In this document: piece by piece, positions 12,977-26,002 of the stretch | Layout of the letters: every line of letters starts with the position of its first letter | How positions within the stretch are numbered: the stretch's first letter is position 1 | Source of the DNA: Lama guanicoe | Taxonomy: Eukaryota | Assembly (NCBI GenBank): GCA_013239625.1 | Contig: MU054323.1 | Location: forward strand, 6,003,220 to 6,067,219 | Length of the DNA: 64,000 nt | Direction: 5' to 3' | The notes under the pieces: generated by a model | The model's database searches: none | Seen by the model: the letters and a program-made list of their open reading frames with translations, nothing else | Told to the model about the DNA's origin: nothing | Position numbers and translations under genes: made by a program

Positions 12977-14679
12977 ATCTGTTGCATGCTCACTGTGGGC
13001 CAGCCTGGGGTCTAAGTGTTTTCGCAGGCGTTAACCCACTGCATCCCACAGCGACTGTGTGAGGCAGGTGCCGTGATCAACCTCAGTGCATAACACGTGC
13101 CATCCAGCTCACTGCCTCCACCCGATGCTGCCGTAATGGAAGCTAGGCCTGTCCTGGGGTGGGAACAGCCGGGATTCTGATGGTGCACGTGACCCTGAGA
13201 AGAGGGACGGGGAGGGAGGAAGCCACCGCTGCTCACCTCGACCGAGCTCTCCGGCCTGGCCTGCCGACCGCCCAGCACGGCACCTCCACCCCAGCCAGGT
13301 GCAGACTGGCTCCACACTGCCATCGCCTCGTGCCTCAGGAATATGCTGAGGGTGTGATTTTTTATTCGCCCGCAATATTAGGCTGAGGAGAGAATATTGG
13401 GCAAAAAATATTGTACCCATAATTCATATTAATGGGAATTCAATAGTGGCAACTTGTCATCTGCTGAGATTAGAAGGGAACGTTGTGAATATTGTGTTAT
13501 AAAGGCATTAAAGAGGTGTTATGAATTAGATTCCATTCCACTGCATCGTGTTCCTTGTAAATAATTGAGGAGGAAACTGGTGCTTGGAATTTGGGTGTAT
13601 CCATTTCGAGATCCCAGCAGTTCGCTCCCCGGGCTGATGGGGCCCCGTTGATCTGACAGCTCACACGGCTGTGGGGAATGTCTGCACCTGGCTGGGCCAA
13701 AGGCTGCATAGAATGAGCATCGCACTTCCAAGAAGACTCTTTCTTCCAGGAGAAATTAGTAACTGCCACATCCAACACTAACAAAATTTTCCCAAGTCTG
13801 GATATTCTCTGTCCCTTTTCTCCAGTCCCTGGAACTCAGGCTTTGCCGCCCGGGCCCAGGTGGGGTCTTCCCCCCACCTCTCCCGCCCACCTCTGGCTAT
13901 CTCATTGGGGAAGACCTGAACAGTACGCGTCCACGGTCAGGCAGCTGGTCAAGCATCGGCCACTTCAGCCCTGGTGGAGCACGTCCTGATTGATGACATG
14001 GGGGCACCCATCTCCTGGTCCTGCTCTGCCACCCGGAGGATCCATCACCTGCTGGCTGTGCTACTCCTTAGCGCAGACCTCTGCTGTCTCCTCGTGGCCT
14101 GTGAAAGATAAAATGGGGCTTCCTGGCTAAGACCAGGTTCTTTCTATCTTTTGTTATCAAAGCCAAGAACTTGAATCAGAACAGAGGAGTGGCTGCTCCC
14201 AAAAAAATGTGAGAGTGGAGGAGGTAGCACTGAACCTTTGCCCTGTGTGCAGAGCTGGGCAGAGCAGGGGGACACTCACCCCGCCTCTCTGGCTTTGCTC
14301 ACAAGCCCCTCCATAGCTGACCCTGCCTCATCCCCATCTAGGGACTCAGGGGGCTGGAGAAATTCTCCTGTGACCGTGGCCAAGTTTGTGGGCAGTTCTG
14401 AGCAGCTGGCTGCTGGTAAATGAGTGATTTCCTCCATGTCCATAGAGGTGTTGTTCCAGGATTTCAACTTTGACCTCTTTGGATGGCATGCCTGGGAGCA
14501 ATTGGAGAGAGGAGGAGGTGTGTGCAGTTTGAGAGGCAGTCAGGCCAGAAGGTTTTCATGTGAAGAGCGAAATGATCAGTTGGTCAGCCAACCACATCAG
14601 TCAGTCCTCGTTGGGACACCCGATGTATAAGCACACCAGACATATGGGTCCGTGGCACACCGCTGTGCCAGCACAGAGA

Positions 14680-14900
14680 AGGGGTGAGCAGCCCAGGCTC
14701 CAGGTTCAAACCGCCTAAGTTTGAATCCCGACTCTTCCACTCTCTAGCTGTATGACTTTTAGCAAGTTACTTACCCTCTCAGAGCCTGGTTTCCTCTTTT
14801 GTTAAAGGATAATGGTAGTCTACCTCACTGGGTTGTGGGGGAGATGAGACGAATTAATAACGCAAATCTTTGGTGTCCAGGACATGCTCCGTGGATGTGA
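14680..14900 (+). mobile_element. MIR SINE
   Basis: GTTTGAATCCCGACTCTTCCACTCTCTAGCTGTATGACTTTTAGCAAGTTACTTACCCTCTCAGAGCCTGGTTTCCTC. Confidence 0.75.
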
Positions 14901-15489
14901 TCTGTTGTTGAAACCATGGCCTTCCTGGTGTGTCCCTCCCTTCTCTGTCTCTCTCTCCCTCTAGAATGTGGGTCCTTGACACAAAAGATCCTGTCTTCTT
15001 AGGTTTTGCATGGCTAGCACCTCACACTGGCCTGCTATGTGCTCCATAAATATGTGCTGAATTATTAAACTGAATTGTTAGAAGAAAGTGTAGTCATGGA
15101 AATTCACTCGCTTTACCAAAAAAACAGTTGTGCACTTTTGAAAATCATATTCCACTTTTCCATGGCCATATATTCTCATTTCAGAGAAGTGCCATGACTG
15201 CCTAGTTCTCCGTGTGGCATCTCCATGACTGTAGTCAATAGTCTACAAATAAATTAAATACGTATTGAAATGTGCTAGCTCCTCGCTGATTCAAGGGGTC
15301 CCAAAGTAGGGCATTTTACAAAGCAATTACTATGCTTTCATGAGATGAAAAATCATCTCCTGCATTTGATGCTCTCAAATCTAGAACCTGTGCCCTAAAC
15401 AGTCCTGGGCTCCAACCCACCTTTTGTTTGTGGGTGGTTGTGGTGATAGTTGTGTTGTGGTGGTGGTGGTTCTTTTGTTTTGTTTTTCA

Positions 15490-15710
15490 AACCATCTGTG
15501 GAGGTCCAGGCACCTTGTCAAAAGCTGGACATGTTTTGCCTCAGTTCTTACAACTGCCCTATGTGGGAAGCCAGCGATTATCCCCATTGCACACGAGGAG
15601 ACGGAATTTCAGAGCCTGGGCAACTTGCTCAGCACTCGCTTATAAGTGGTAGGAATGGGATTTGAACTGAGACTTCTTACTTCAGAGTCCATGCCTCTGA
15701 CTCCCAGTTC
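15490..15710 (-). mobile_element. MIR SINE (antisense)
   Basis: TTCTTACAACTGCCCTATG...ATTATCCCCATT...GAGGAGACGGA...GGATTTGAACTGAG...ACTTCAGAGTCCATG. Confidence 0.7.
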
Positions 15711-15935
15711 TTTTCCCTGGATGTCTGCCCTTAGATATCTGCAAGAGCCTCAAATATAAAATGGCCAGAATTAAACCCCACCTCCTCAGCCTCAAAGTGG
15801 CTCCTTTCCTTAGAACTCCTAGCTCAGGGCCAGATCTGCCACCCACGCATCTGTGTAAGCCACTGGCATCCTCCCTCTATATCTCCATCACCTCTCCATC
15901 ACTATCCCCATCACTGCCCATCACCATCCCCCCAC

Positions 15936-16048
15936 CCCTCCATCTCCACCCCCATCACCTCTCCTCACCTTCCCCATCACCCCTCCATCTCCATCCGAAT
16001 CACCTCTCCTCACCATCCCCATCACCCCTCCATCTCCATCCCCATCAC
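15936..16048. repeat. 45-bp pyrimidine-rich minisatellite, ~2.5 copies
   Basis: Unit CCCTCCATCTCCAYCCSMATCACCTCTCCTCACCWTCCCCATCAC. It appears as a repeated PLHLHPHHLSSPSPS in the ORF track. Confidence 0.85.
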
Positions 16049-16364
16049 TGCCTCCCTGCCCTGAGTCTGCCCGCTCCCTCCCATCCATTCTCCCCACCAC
16101 TGCAAATCTGATCTTGTCAGGCCTCTGCTTTAAAGAGGGCAATTACTACAAACTGGCCCTGAAGTTAAAGTGGCTTAAGGTTCTTGATCACCCCCCCTAC
16201 ACTCACCTCACCAAGCTTGTCCCCCCACCTCTGCACCTCCACTCCATTCATGTCCCACATTTCTGCCCTGCATCAGCTCCAAGCCCCAAATCTGACACAG
16301 GTGAGACCAGCCAGGGCGGGCATATGAGCCCATGGTTCCTTGCAAAGCAGAACACGAACTGGAA

Positions 16365-16560
16365 AGAACACAGGCCTTAAACGTAAAGACCTCCTTGGGC
16401 TCACATCATTGATAAGTTGCTTAAGCATTCTGTGGCCTCATTTTCCTTATCTGCAGAGTGAGGACAACAGCAAGACTACCTTACAGGAGTTGTGTATGAA
16501 TTTGGGAAATTGCGGGTGAAAAAATACTTGCCCATCACTGGGCAAACAGGAAGTGCTCTG
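16365..16560 (+). mobile_element. MIR SINE fragment
   Basis: GATAAGTTGCTTAAGCATTCTGTGGCCTCATTTTCCTTATCTGCAGAGTGAGG...CCTTACAGGAGTTGTG. Confidence 0.6.
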
Positions 16561-17979
16561 TAACTGCTGGCGGTGGTAATGGCAGTGTGTGAAACATGAC
16601 TTTAGTTTTCTAAAGAAATTCCTGGAGGGCGATTTTTTTTTAGAGAAATGGACCCTCACCTGAGAAAATACAAAGCATAAACATTTAAACACTGACGTCT
16701 TGCTGGTTGCTCCCGTGTTCTTCAGAGGGAGCCAGACCCCTCTTGCCTGAGGGCAGCTTGAGTGAAACTTGGGCCTTCAGTGCTTGGTCCTCTGCTGGTC
16801 CCCACCACGCCGCCTGCCTGCCTTCCCAGCATGGGGGCATGGGGTACCTCACTGCATTTCCCTATCCCTTCGTCCTTCAGCAAATGTGCCCACTTGGTTT
16901 ATACAGAAGTTTCTTAAGGCCTGGACGTTTGGTATGGACTTTTGTGAAAACTGTCCCTCCCCGTCTGGGGCATCCCATTTGTGGTGAAGGTTATGCTGGT
17001 CACTGGCAGTGACAGCCCATCAACCTCATGCTGCAGCCACCCCCGCCTGGCTCGCACTGCGGGGCCGACGGCATCACTGTGTGTTTCAGCATGAGTGCTC
17101 GGCTTTGAAAACCTCTCCAGAGACACAAGCCCTAATCAAGTGGTTGAGTTCTGATGACCTGAAGGGTAGCTTGTTCTGCAGCCTCCCATATCGGAGTTTA
17201 GCCCTCTGCCCGGGCCTCACTTCCCTCGGACATCCCGCCAGAGTCAGGGAACCGGGGCCTTGCTCAGAGACAGCGCGGCTGCCCACAGGCTCCCACCTCC
17301 ACTGGTCTGCTCACCAGGGCAGGCCACAAAATGAAGAAGAAAAATCTTTTTCGGCTGGAAGAATAGGGCTGCTGCTGTTTTATGGTGCTGTGGTTTATGC
17401 TTTTCCAACATTTTAATTAGTTTCATTTTTTAATATAAATGCCCCCTGATGTTTTGTGCAGGAAGGACACAGTTCTTAAAATCTCAGAAATAAAGTAGGA
17501 AAATGACAGATTGGCCATTAAAGCGTCACATTCAGACGTGTTATTATTATTATTGTTATTTAACATTTCTAAGCACCAACCCTGAGCCAGGAGTGGCGGC
17601 GGAGGGTGGAGGGTGAGAAGGCCCAGGGGTGACTCCGTCTCAGGGTGGCGACACTGGGGGACTTCCCGAGGACTGGCAGTGGCTTTCACAGCGGCCTAAG
17701 ACGGCCCTGCCTCACAGGGAACTTCTCGGATGCCAGTCAGCTGCCTGCTTTGTGGGCTGAGAACACAACTGGGGGATCTGGGCTTTGGGCCCCAAACCTG
17801 TCCTAGGCTCACCTGTGAACTTGTTAAGATTTCCCAGCCCCACCAGCCCCGCCAGGTAGGGATCTGAGCTGTATTTTAAGAACGGGCCTTCTCCAAAGAA
17901 ACCTGCCTCATCTTTAAAACACTTGAATTGATGAGAAAGCAGGGTTAGATCGACAAGATTTTAATTTCAGGGCCCTGTC

Positions 17980-18429
17980 CGTGAAGCGGGTTGAACAGTA
18001 GCCCCCCAGATTGTATGTCCACCCAGAACCTGCAAACGTGACCTTGTTTTGAAATAAGGTTTTTGCCGATGTAGCTAAGGTATGGTTCTCGAGATGAGAT
18101 CGTCCTGGATCAAGGTGGGCCCTAAATCTAGTGATAAGTATCCTCTTGAGAGAAAAAAAAAAGGAAGATTTGACACTCGGAGAGGATGGCTGTGCAAAGA
18201 CGGAGGCAGAGAGCAGAGCAATGCCTCCACAAACCAAGGAATGCCTGGGGCCAGCAGAAGCTGGAAGAGATGAAAAAGCGTTCTCCCTTAGAGCCTTCAG
18301 AGACAGCGTGGCCTGCCAACACCTTGATTTTGGACTTCTGGCTTCCAGTACTGAGAAAGAATACATTTTTGTCGTGTAAGCCCCTTGCTTGTGGTCATTT
18401 GCTGCAGCCACCCTAAGGAAGCTACTTCA
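17980..18429 (+). mobile_element. MaLR solo LTR (MLT1B/C-like)
   Basis: GTGACCTTGTTTTGAAATAAGGTTTTTGCCGATGTA...CCAGCAGAAGCTGGAAGAG...CCTGCCAACACCTTGATTTTGGACTTCTGGCTTCCAGTACTG...TTGTGGTCATTTGCTGCAGCC. Confidence 0.85.
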
Positions 18430-20937
18430 CTCCAGGGAAGCCCCTCTTCCCCGCGTCTCCTTAAAGAAGGCCCACCTGAGCGGGCGCTGGTTATTTTGCG
18501 AAGTTTACTCTCGGTGCTCAGAGTTTAATCCCGGTGCTGGATGGCCTGCTGACCTCCTCACCGCTGAGCTGATGGAACACCATCACACCTTCTTCCTTGA
18601 TGTCAAAAAATGTTTCCATAAGCTTCCTACTGACCACCTGCCTGCCTCGCGTTAACATATGGGCTCCAATTTGGAAAACTTTCAAAGGGCAATTAAAGTG
18701 AGCTGCTCCAGTCCTCCCACACCCCTCTCACAACCTACAGCACAACCTCTCGGAACACGCACGCTCACGTGTGCTGGCGGCCACACAGAGACGTTCGGAT
18801 TGATGAGTGTGGGGCGAGACTCCTCCTGTGGCCTCCACGTGAAATGAGGCTGCGTCGGGTCTCCTATTCAGCCAGGGTAAGCACATGGGGGTGGACAGCT
18901 CTGCTGGTTATTTCTCTAGCAGAAGCTGCTTGATGAAACTCAGACAGCCATCAAGGAAACTCTCTAAATCCAGAAAACCACACAAGCCAAAGAAAAACCC
19001 CAAGCACTAACCACTCCCCTCTTCTCGCTGACTTTAATTCAGAAGAAAATTCTCATTGCTGCCGTCTCTGCTCCTCTTTATCTCATTGTAACTGAAAGGA
19101 AAAGAATTTGCCAGAGCTTTGGTCTCAGTCACTCCTTACCCTCAAAGGTCGCACTTGGACCATGTTATCTCTGGCAGGGCATTTTACAGAACGGCAGGAC
19201 AGCGCTGGTCCCAGTGAACCCACGTGGGCCCTCCTCGGGCAGAACACCTCTCCAAACTCACATACCTAGACCCAAAGGTAAGCTCATGGGCCTGTTTCAG
19301 AAGACGAGAGATCCCCATGTAGGGCGCGTCAGCCTGCAGGGCCTTTTCCCCAGCCGTTCCCGTGAGTCTGGGTATGAAGTTCAGTTGCAGCCCAGTTGTG
19401 TGCCCAGCTGTTGCTGGCAGCCCAGAGCCCGGAGTGGGGCAGGCGTCCGTGCTGCTCAAAGGATATTCATTCTTCAGCTGCTGGGGGAGCAGAAGTAGAG
19501 CTGTGCTCACGCTCTTGGAGAAGGGCACCCGCCCCTGGACTTGCCCTGTGTGGAGCAAGATGGCAGGAGCTCTGAGAGCCGGGACTCCACGTTTGGGAAG
19601 AAGTGGCTGTGCCCAGTGGTGTTCACACTGGTAACTTACGTATGGGAGGTGATGTAATGGAGTTTGATTTCTTTGGAGGAACATCTGAAACGTTTGGGCT
19701 CTTCACGTCCCCCCAGACTGGCAGTGCTGGGGTGAGTCCTCAGGCTTGGAGACTGGGGGGTGACCGTGGGGAACAGAATGTCAAGGGCAGTACCACTTGA
19801 CCTCGAATGAAGTGGTTAAGTGGAAGACGCAGACGGTGGCCCAGACCCTCCCATAGGAAGTGGCTGTCAGGGGGCAGAGATTTGCAGAGGGATACCAGGG
19901 GCCCTCAGGAAGGCCGAACAAACGAATGAATGGGCTCCGCTGGCCTCGTCTGTAAGAGACCGCTCTGAGAAACGGGGCTGTTTAACACAAGGTCAGGGCG
20001 TTTCTCACAAGCTCTCAGCAACATGGCAGCTGAAATCGGTCTAAGGAAGGAGCTAGATTACAGGAGGTGGAATCCGTTCCTGAAAGATCCTTGGAGTCTG
20101 GCGAGAGCTGCAGCTCACTGCTAACCGGGAGATTTGTGTGACAAGATTATCAGTGGTATTAAGCACACTTAGAAGAGAGGATTATACCTACTTCTGGGTC
20201 AGTTCCATGCCACCGGGCCCTGGTCTGGCCAGCACATTAGCAGACGGACTGCCGGCTGCACAAAGGTGAAGCAAATACTTGCACAGTCACGGGAAGAGGG
20301 GAGACTCAGACGAGGAGTGTAATGCCGCGTGGTCACTTCAAATCCAAGGGAAGGATCTGGCTTGAGGTCTCTGTCGAATCTGAGGAAAGTTCCGTTTCTA
20401 CCTCTTCCCCTTCTTCTCCCACCCCCACTCCTGGTGGCCTCCTGGGATCTGTGGCTGGTGAGCTCCCTCACCAAGAGGAGGGACCCATATGTAAACTGGA
20501 AACAGGAGGGTGGAGTCAGGAGGCATCGGGGTGACGGAAAGGAGACTGTGCCCGGCTTCCCAGCCACCTTCCCAGAAGTGAACTGCACACTAGCGGGCTC
20601 TTCTCAAGAAGGGAGGAGCATTCTACCCGCTCTGTCACAGGGGACAGTTTAAAATTAGACCAGGCAAAGCTCCGGAGAATAGGCTGTTGGGAGTGGTTTC
20701 TCGGTGGCCTTTCAGAGGGCGGCTGAGCGGTGGCCCAAAGGCTTCCTCCCATCTCCAATGTTTAAGCCCAGCCAGGAGCCAGCCTTGCACGGGATGAGAG
20801 TGAGTGGCAAGCCTCTGAGAAGGCTCACCGTCTAGGGATGCCCCCCACACCCCTCCCTGCCCCGTCTCACACATGGTCCCCGGAACACTTGACATTGTAA
20901 ACAGAGCTTAAATTGAATATGATCTCAGAAGACATTA

Positions 20938-21125
20938 CTTTTTAAAAACTGCTGAAGTATACATAAACATAGAATTCGCCATCTTCAAGTGCACACAGCT
21001 CAGCAGCATTTAGTACAGTCACACGGTTTGGCCACCATCGTCACTATCCAGCTCTAGAACACTGTCATCACCCCAGCAGGAAACCCAGACCCATTTGGCA
21101 GGCGCATCCCTTCCCCTACTCCCTG
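20938..21125 (-). mobile_element. L1 3' end fragment (L1MB-like), antisense
   Basis: ATTCGCCATCTTCAAGTGCACACAGCTCAG...CATTTAGTACAGTCACACGGTT...CACTATCCAGCTCTAGAACA...TCATCACCCCAG...AAACCC. Confidence 0.7.
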
Positions 21126-24100
21126 AATGCCTGACTCTTCTAAAGTAAGGGTAATAGGATGGCCTTGTGGAACGACCACCCTGCCGGCATGGTAGGAGGA
21201 AGAAGGGCCTTGTGCTTGGGTGACCCTGCCCTCCCGGGAGGCCGTGCGCCCCACTACCTTTGCACACACTGCACCGTATTTCAGTGTTTGACACTCTCGC
21301 CATCCCCCTGGGCACTGCCAGTGTCTTCTTTCTCCCTGTGACCTCGGCGCCTGGCATAGCAGTGGCATATAGCAAAGCCTCGGCAGCATTGGCTGGATGG
21401 AAGGATATAAAAACCAGTAATTCAGAAGCCGATACGCTGCTACTTACTGTTTGGGGATGTAACTCTTTGTCCTCGAGTTGTCAGACTTTTGAACCCTGCA
21501 CGGAAAGACACAGAACCCAGAGCAGGAAGAAAAGGCCCTTCATGTCGCTCCTTTTAATTAGATGCCCTGTTAAATTGCAGCAATTTTGCACTGTGGTTCC
21601 TGCTCAGCGTGTCTGGAAGCTCTGAAGAAGCTCTTAACCAAGGAAGCCAAGAGTTCATTTTATTCTTTTTTTCCTTATTTTCTTTCGAAGGCCAATTTAC
21701 TTTTTTTAGACATTTTGCTTTTTGCCTGTGCCGTGCGTTGAGATTTGTGTATGTAACAATGCTCCTTTCACAAAAGAGGTGAGTGTGCTATAGTGGAATC
21801 CCCAGGGCCCCCCACTAATCATGTTTGATGGAGTAAGACTTGGAGAATCAATTATTTTGCCTCATGGTCTGAAGAAATGCACTGTTCTCTCGCCCTCTTA
21901 CTTGGAAACAGGAGCCACGGGGAGAGCTCAGCTCCGTCCCCCTCCCCTGCAGCCTCCCTGGGCCGCTGAGTCCCCCTCCGCTCTCTGGCAGGACCTGGAA
22001 AGATCAAAGGGACAGATGACAGTGCTTGGCGCCCATTTGTCACTCCATTGGAGGGAACCAGTTGCAGTGTTAACAGTCAGGCCTGGTCCCGTGTTTCATG
22101 AATATTTTAGAATGTTTGCTGGCAGAATTCTAACTGTGCTGTGTCCTCCTCCGTGTACGTGTCACCCATATTCCGGAGTCTAATCGGAGCTTTGGGGGAA
22201 GGAAGCACCACTTCTCCTTTAGTCTCCTTTATTACCCTAAAACATGCCGGCTAAGCGGTTCCGTGTCCAGGGTCTAAAGTCTGCCTGGTCTTTCTCATTC
22301 TGTTGCCGCACTGAAGCCAGACTTGAGGGCAGGGAAACTAGTTTTGTTTTCATGGACCGAAAATTTAAGGGCTCAAGAAGGAACAGCCAAGTGCGTCTCA
22401 GGAGGGAGGCTGAGCTGGGGAGAGGCCACGTGAGGCCCAGGGGCCTCTGCCTTTGCCCAGTGGGAAAGCACACCTGCCCACTTGGAACAGGCCAAGGAGG
22501 CAGTCATGAGGCCTCTGCACCCCTCACCGGCCTCAACTCACCCTTCCCGCCACCTGCCAGGCAAGACCACTGAGGGGGCTCCTGACTCACATCTGGGCCT
22601 CCCCAGGCTTCCCTCAGCGACTGGGCCTTGGAGACACGTGACTGTTTCCCCTTCTGTGTGGTTTTCCCTCCACACAGTGACAGTGGCTCCTCCGGGCTTC
22701 TCGCTCCGCATAATAGCCAGGACCGGTCCTGCCGAGGCCCTCTGGGGACAGAGGCTGTCGTCGTGGAGCTGTTCTGGGAGGGACGGAGCAGCGCACTCCA
22801 TCCTGTGCTAGCAGTCACACAGACTCCCAGCTTGTGAACAAAATGATACCGTGTGTGCTGAGGGCCTCCATCCCCCCAAAATGGAGAAACAGTCTGAAAC
22901 CCCAGTTCCTGACTGGCCTCCGTGAAAGAGGCTCCCCTTTGCATCCTCTCACCTCACGCCAGGTGCACACTGTTTGTGAGGCCAGTCACCATGCACAGGG
23001 CCTGTGGGGGTGGGCAGCCTGGGGCTTGGCAACCAGTTGGCCAGAGATGTTTGCTGAGGGCCCTCTTGGTGCCCAGTCCTCGGTGGTGCCCTGCACTGGG
23101 CAGCTCAGGGGCAAGTCCGAGGGGGACCCTTCCCAGAGCCCAGTTGACGGTCAGGACAGGCCAGCCGCCCAGCAAGTTAAATAATATACAGAAATGAGAG
23201 AGCCTTCAAGGGAGAACGTGGCTGACAGTGGGTCTGGGGGCCACCATGACCATCACCCATCCACCCGTTCCCATCAGATCTCGTGACACCTGAAGGACAG
23301 TGAGTGGTAGGGGGTTGGGTCATATTCAGATCTCTGGGCATGTGGAATTTGGATGCTTCTTGGACCCAGGATTCTGATAAAACACACATACAACCCACAC
23401 TTATACACGTACTCACACACAGGCTCCACTGACGCTGAGGTCTGTAAGCCCAGAGCTGGAAAGATCCCCTAGGTGGAACGTGGAAAGTCGGGGAGGTTTT
23501 CCCACAGCCAGACTGGACGTGCAGGTTTGTGGCGTGGAGAAATGAGTCCGAGAGGTCAGGCGGCCTGGGGTCAGCTCTGCACCCCTCTTCTCACCCTGAG
23601 AGAATCATCCTACAGCGTTTCATTCATCAGCTGCTGTCTGACTCCCATGCTGTGTGTGTTGGGGATGGGGGTGGCAGGGGCTGAGCGGGAGGTGAACGCC
23701 CAGCCCCTCCCTGCCCAAGGAGCCCACGGCCAGTCCCAGAAGCATCAGGCAGATTCCCAGCCACTGCCCCTCCCTCAACCCGTGTCTGTGCATACTGAAT
23801 CTCTAGGACTGCAGCCTGGATCTGCACTTCTAACAAGCTCTCCCTGGACTTTTTTCGCCCTGAGGGTTCAGGCTGGGGTGGTTCTTGGCTGTCCCAGCAG
23901 GTGGACTGGAGGATACGGAGAGAAGGCAGAGAGGAATTGTGTGGTGCCTGGCCTGGAGCCTCTCCAGCCCTGGAGGAGCCCCTCACCCAAGTCCAAGTTC
24001 TCCCAACAGGCCTGGTTGGGGACGGCGGGTGGGCGGCTTCCTCAACAAGGACCAGGGAGTCAGCCTCCGCACACTCAGACCGTGCGCACTGCAGGCAGGC

Positions 24101-26002
24101 CGGGTCCACTTCACCTTGGGTCTGTGCCCCAAGGTGGAGGAGTTCAGACTCCGATCCTCCTGGCCTCACCCTGTCTGCCCCACTTCCGCACCCCCCGTAA
24201 TTCTCCGTTTAGGGGTCTGTCTCATACAACACGCATGCTCCGTCCAGCCCAGGCCTGTCTCATTTGACGTGTTGAGGATGCTCCATAAATGTCAATTGAA
24301 TGTAATCAAATTGCTGATTTAGGGGGGGAAAGGGCCTGTCACCCTGTGTGCCCCTTTCCTTGGACCCAGCCAGCAGGAATGAGAGAGGGCCTGGACTGCC
24401 ATCTGAAGACCCTACACCTCCCCAGTGAAGGAAATATTGATTCTGCTGTTTGTTTTGCAAGAAGCCATCCCCACTGGGACAGCCAGACCTAGTGCATGTG
24501 AGATGGAAACTCCAAAGGAGGCAGCGCTCTTGCAGCTGGGCTATTAATAGGGTGGCCCGGGCGTGTCCAGGCGGAGGAGAGGCCCCGCGCCTGTGGCACG
24601 GCCCTGGAGCTGTGGGCCTTGGGGGTTACTCTGGAATCCCACTCACCCACCTCCCTCAGCTTGGCTCTGCTCTGCACTGCTGCACATGGCGATGTGAAAC
24701 ACGGCAGGGTCGACCCGGGTTGCTTGAGGTGGGAGCCCAGTTCTGAGCAGGCTTGGCACAGGACTCCAGTGAAGAACTCCTAAAACCCCGCCTGGGTGTA
24801 GCCCAAGGGTCAGCAGACAGAAGGCACATTGGAGACCTGCAGGGAAACAAGCTTTTCCTTTTTGCTCCAGAGGAAAATTTGACATAACAGGGCCAGCCCA
24901 GCAGCCATCTGGATGCTACACAGCCCAGAAGCTAACTCCAGTAGTCCTGTTACCCAGAGCAGTTCTTGGAGGAGCCTTCCCAAATACCGGGCCTTGATGA
25001 ACTTTAAAAGGGGTGCTGGTGTCTGCACTGCTGGACAGATAAGGCTACCACATACAGCTGCACGAGCTGTGCACTGAACAACTGTGGACTTCCATTCTGG
25101 GTCCTGCCATATTGTGATAACTTGCAAGAGAACACAGCTGGCATGCTGGGAGAGCCCAGCTGGCTATTTTGAAAGAGGCTGCTCGAATACTGAGAAATGG
25201 AGGAGCTAGCAGAGCCAGAAGGCCCGGTGTTCAAAACTCTCACTTTACACAAAAACAGAGGCCTAGGGAGGGAAGGAACTTGACCGAGGTCGCACAGCAT
25301 CTATGGCAGAGCTAACTGCATGGCTGGGCTCCTGACCCCCAGGCCCCTCCTGCCTCTTGTCACCTTTTCTGTTTGATTCTTCTTGTATTTTTACCTGCAT
25401 TGGTATCAGAGAGGGATGCAGCTTTGAAGGGAGATCACATTCTGGAATTTCCCGCCTTCCCAAGCAGCATTCTAAATTGTGAGTTTTCTCGAAGGCTCTA
25501 GGCTGCCTGCTCTGTTTGTTCAGGCTTTGGCCCATGTGTTTTGTCCATTTCACCCTCCCCCTCCAGCTCTTCCCAGATTGTTTCCTGTAGGTTTTTGGGT
25601 TTTATTTTTTGCATCTGCCCCCGCCAAAGTATGTGGGTTGATGTTCAAGATATTAAAACTCGGGAGCCTTTGGAGCAATAAATTCTATCCAACTCCAGGC
25701 GTCCTGCCCAGGCTCTGCGTTCCTCTGCAGACCTATGTGAGGCCCGAGGGTGGCCGAGCCCATGCTAAGACCACCACCCACAGGGAGGCCGCCTTCCACC
25801 CCTACGCTGCAGGGCCACAGCCCAGGTCCAGGCCGCCTAGAACCAGGGGGTCCAAGTACCAGGTCCAAGGACCTGATGTCTTCAGTGCCCAGACCCGGAG
25901 CGAGGCTAGGAGAGTAAACTCCTGAAGTAGCAGCAAATCAAGGCGTCCTTAATTCTGTGGAGAGGGGAGTGGGGCCATCCAGTGGACACTAACTTATTCT
26001 TT

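Noticed and set aside
23790..23850. MER5/hAT-Charlie-like remnant (also ~17810-17885)
   Set aside because: Too short and degenerate to call by eye.
23473..24267. Longest ORF in the track (264 aa)
   Set aside because: Non-ATG start, G/P/S/Q-rich composition expected from GC-rich DNA, no recognisable domain or splice structure.
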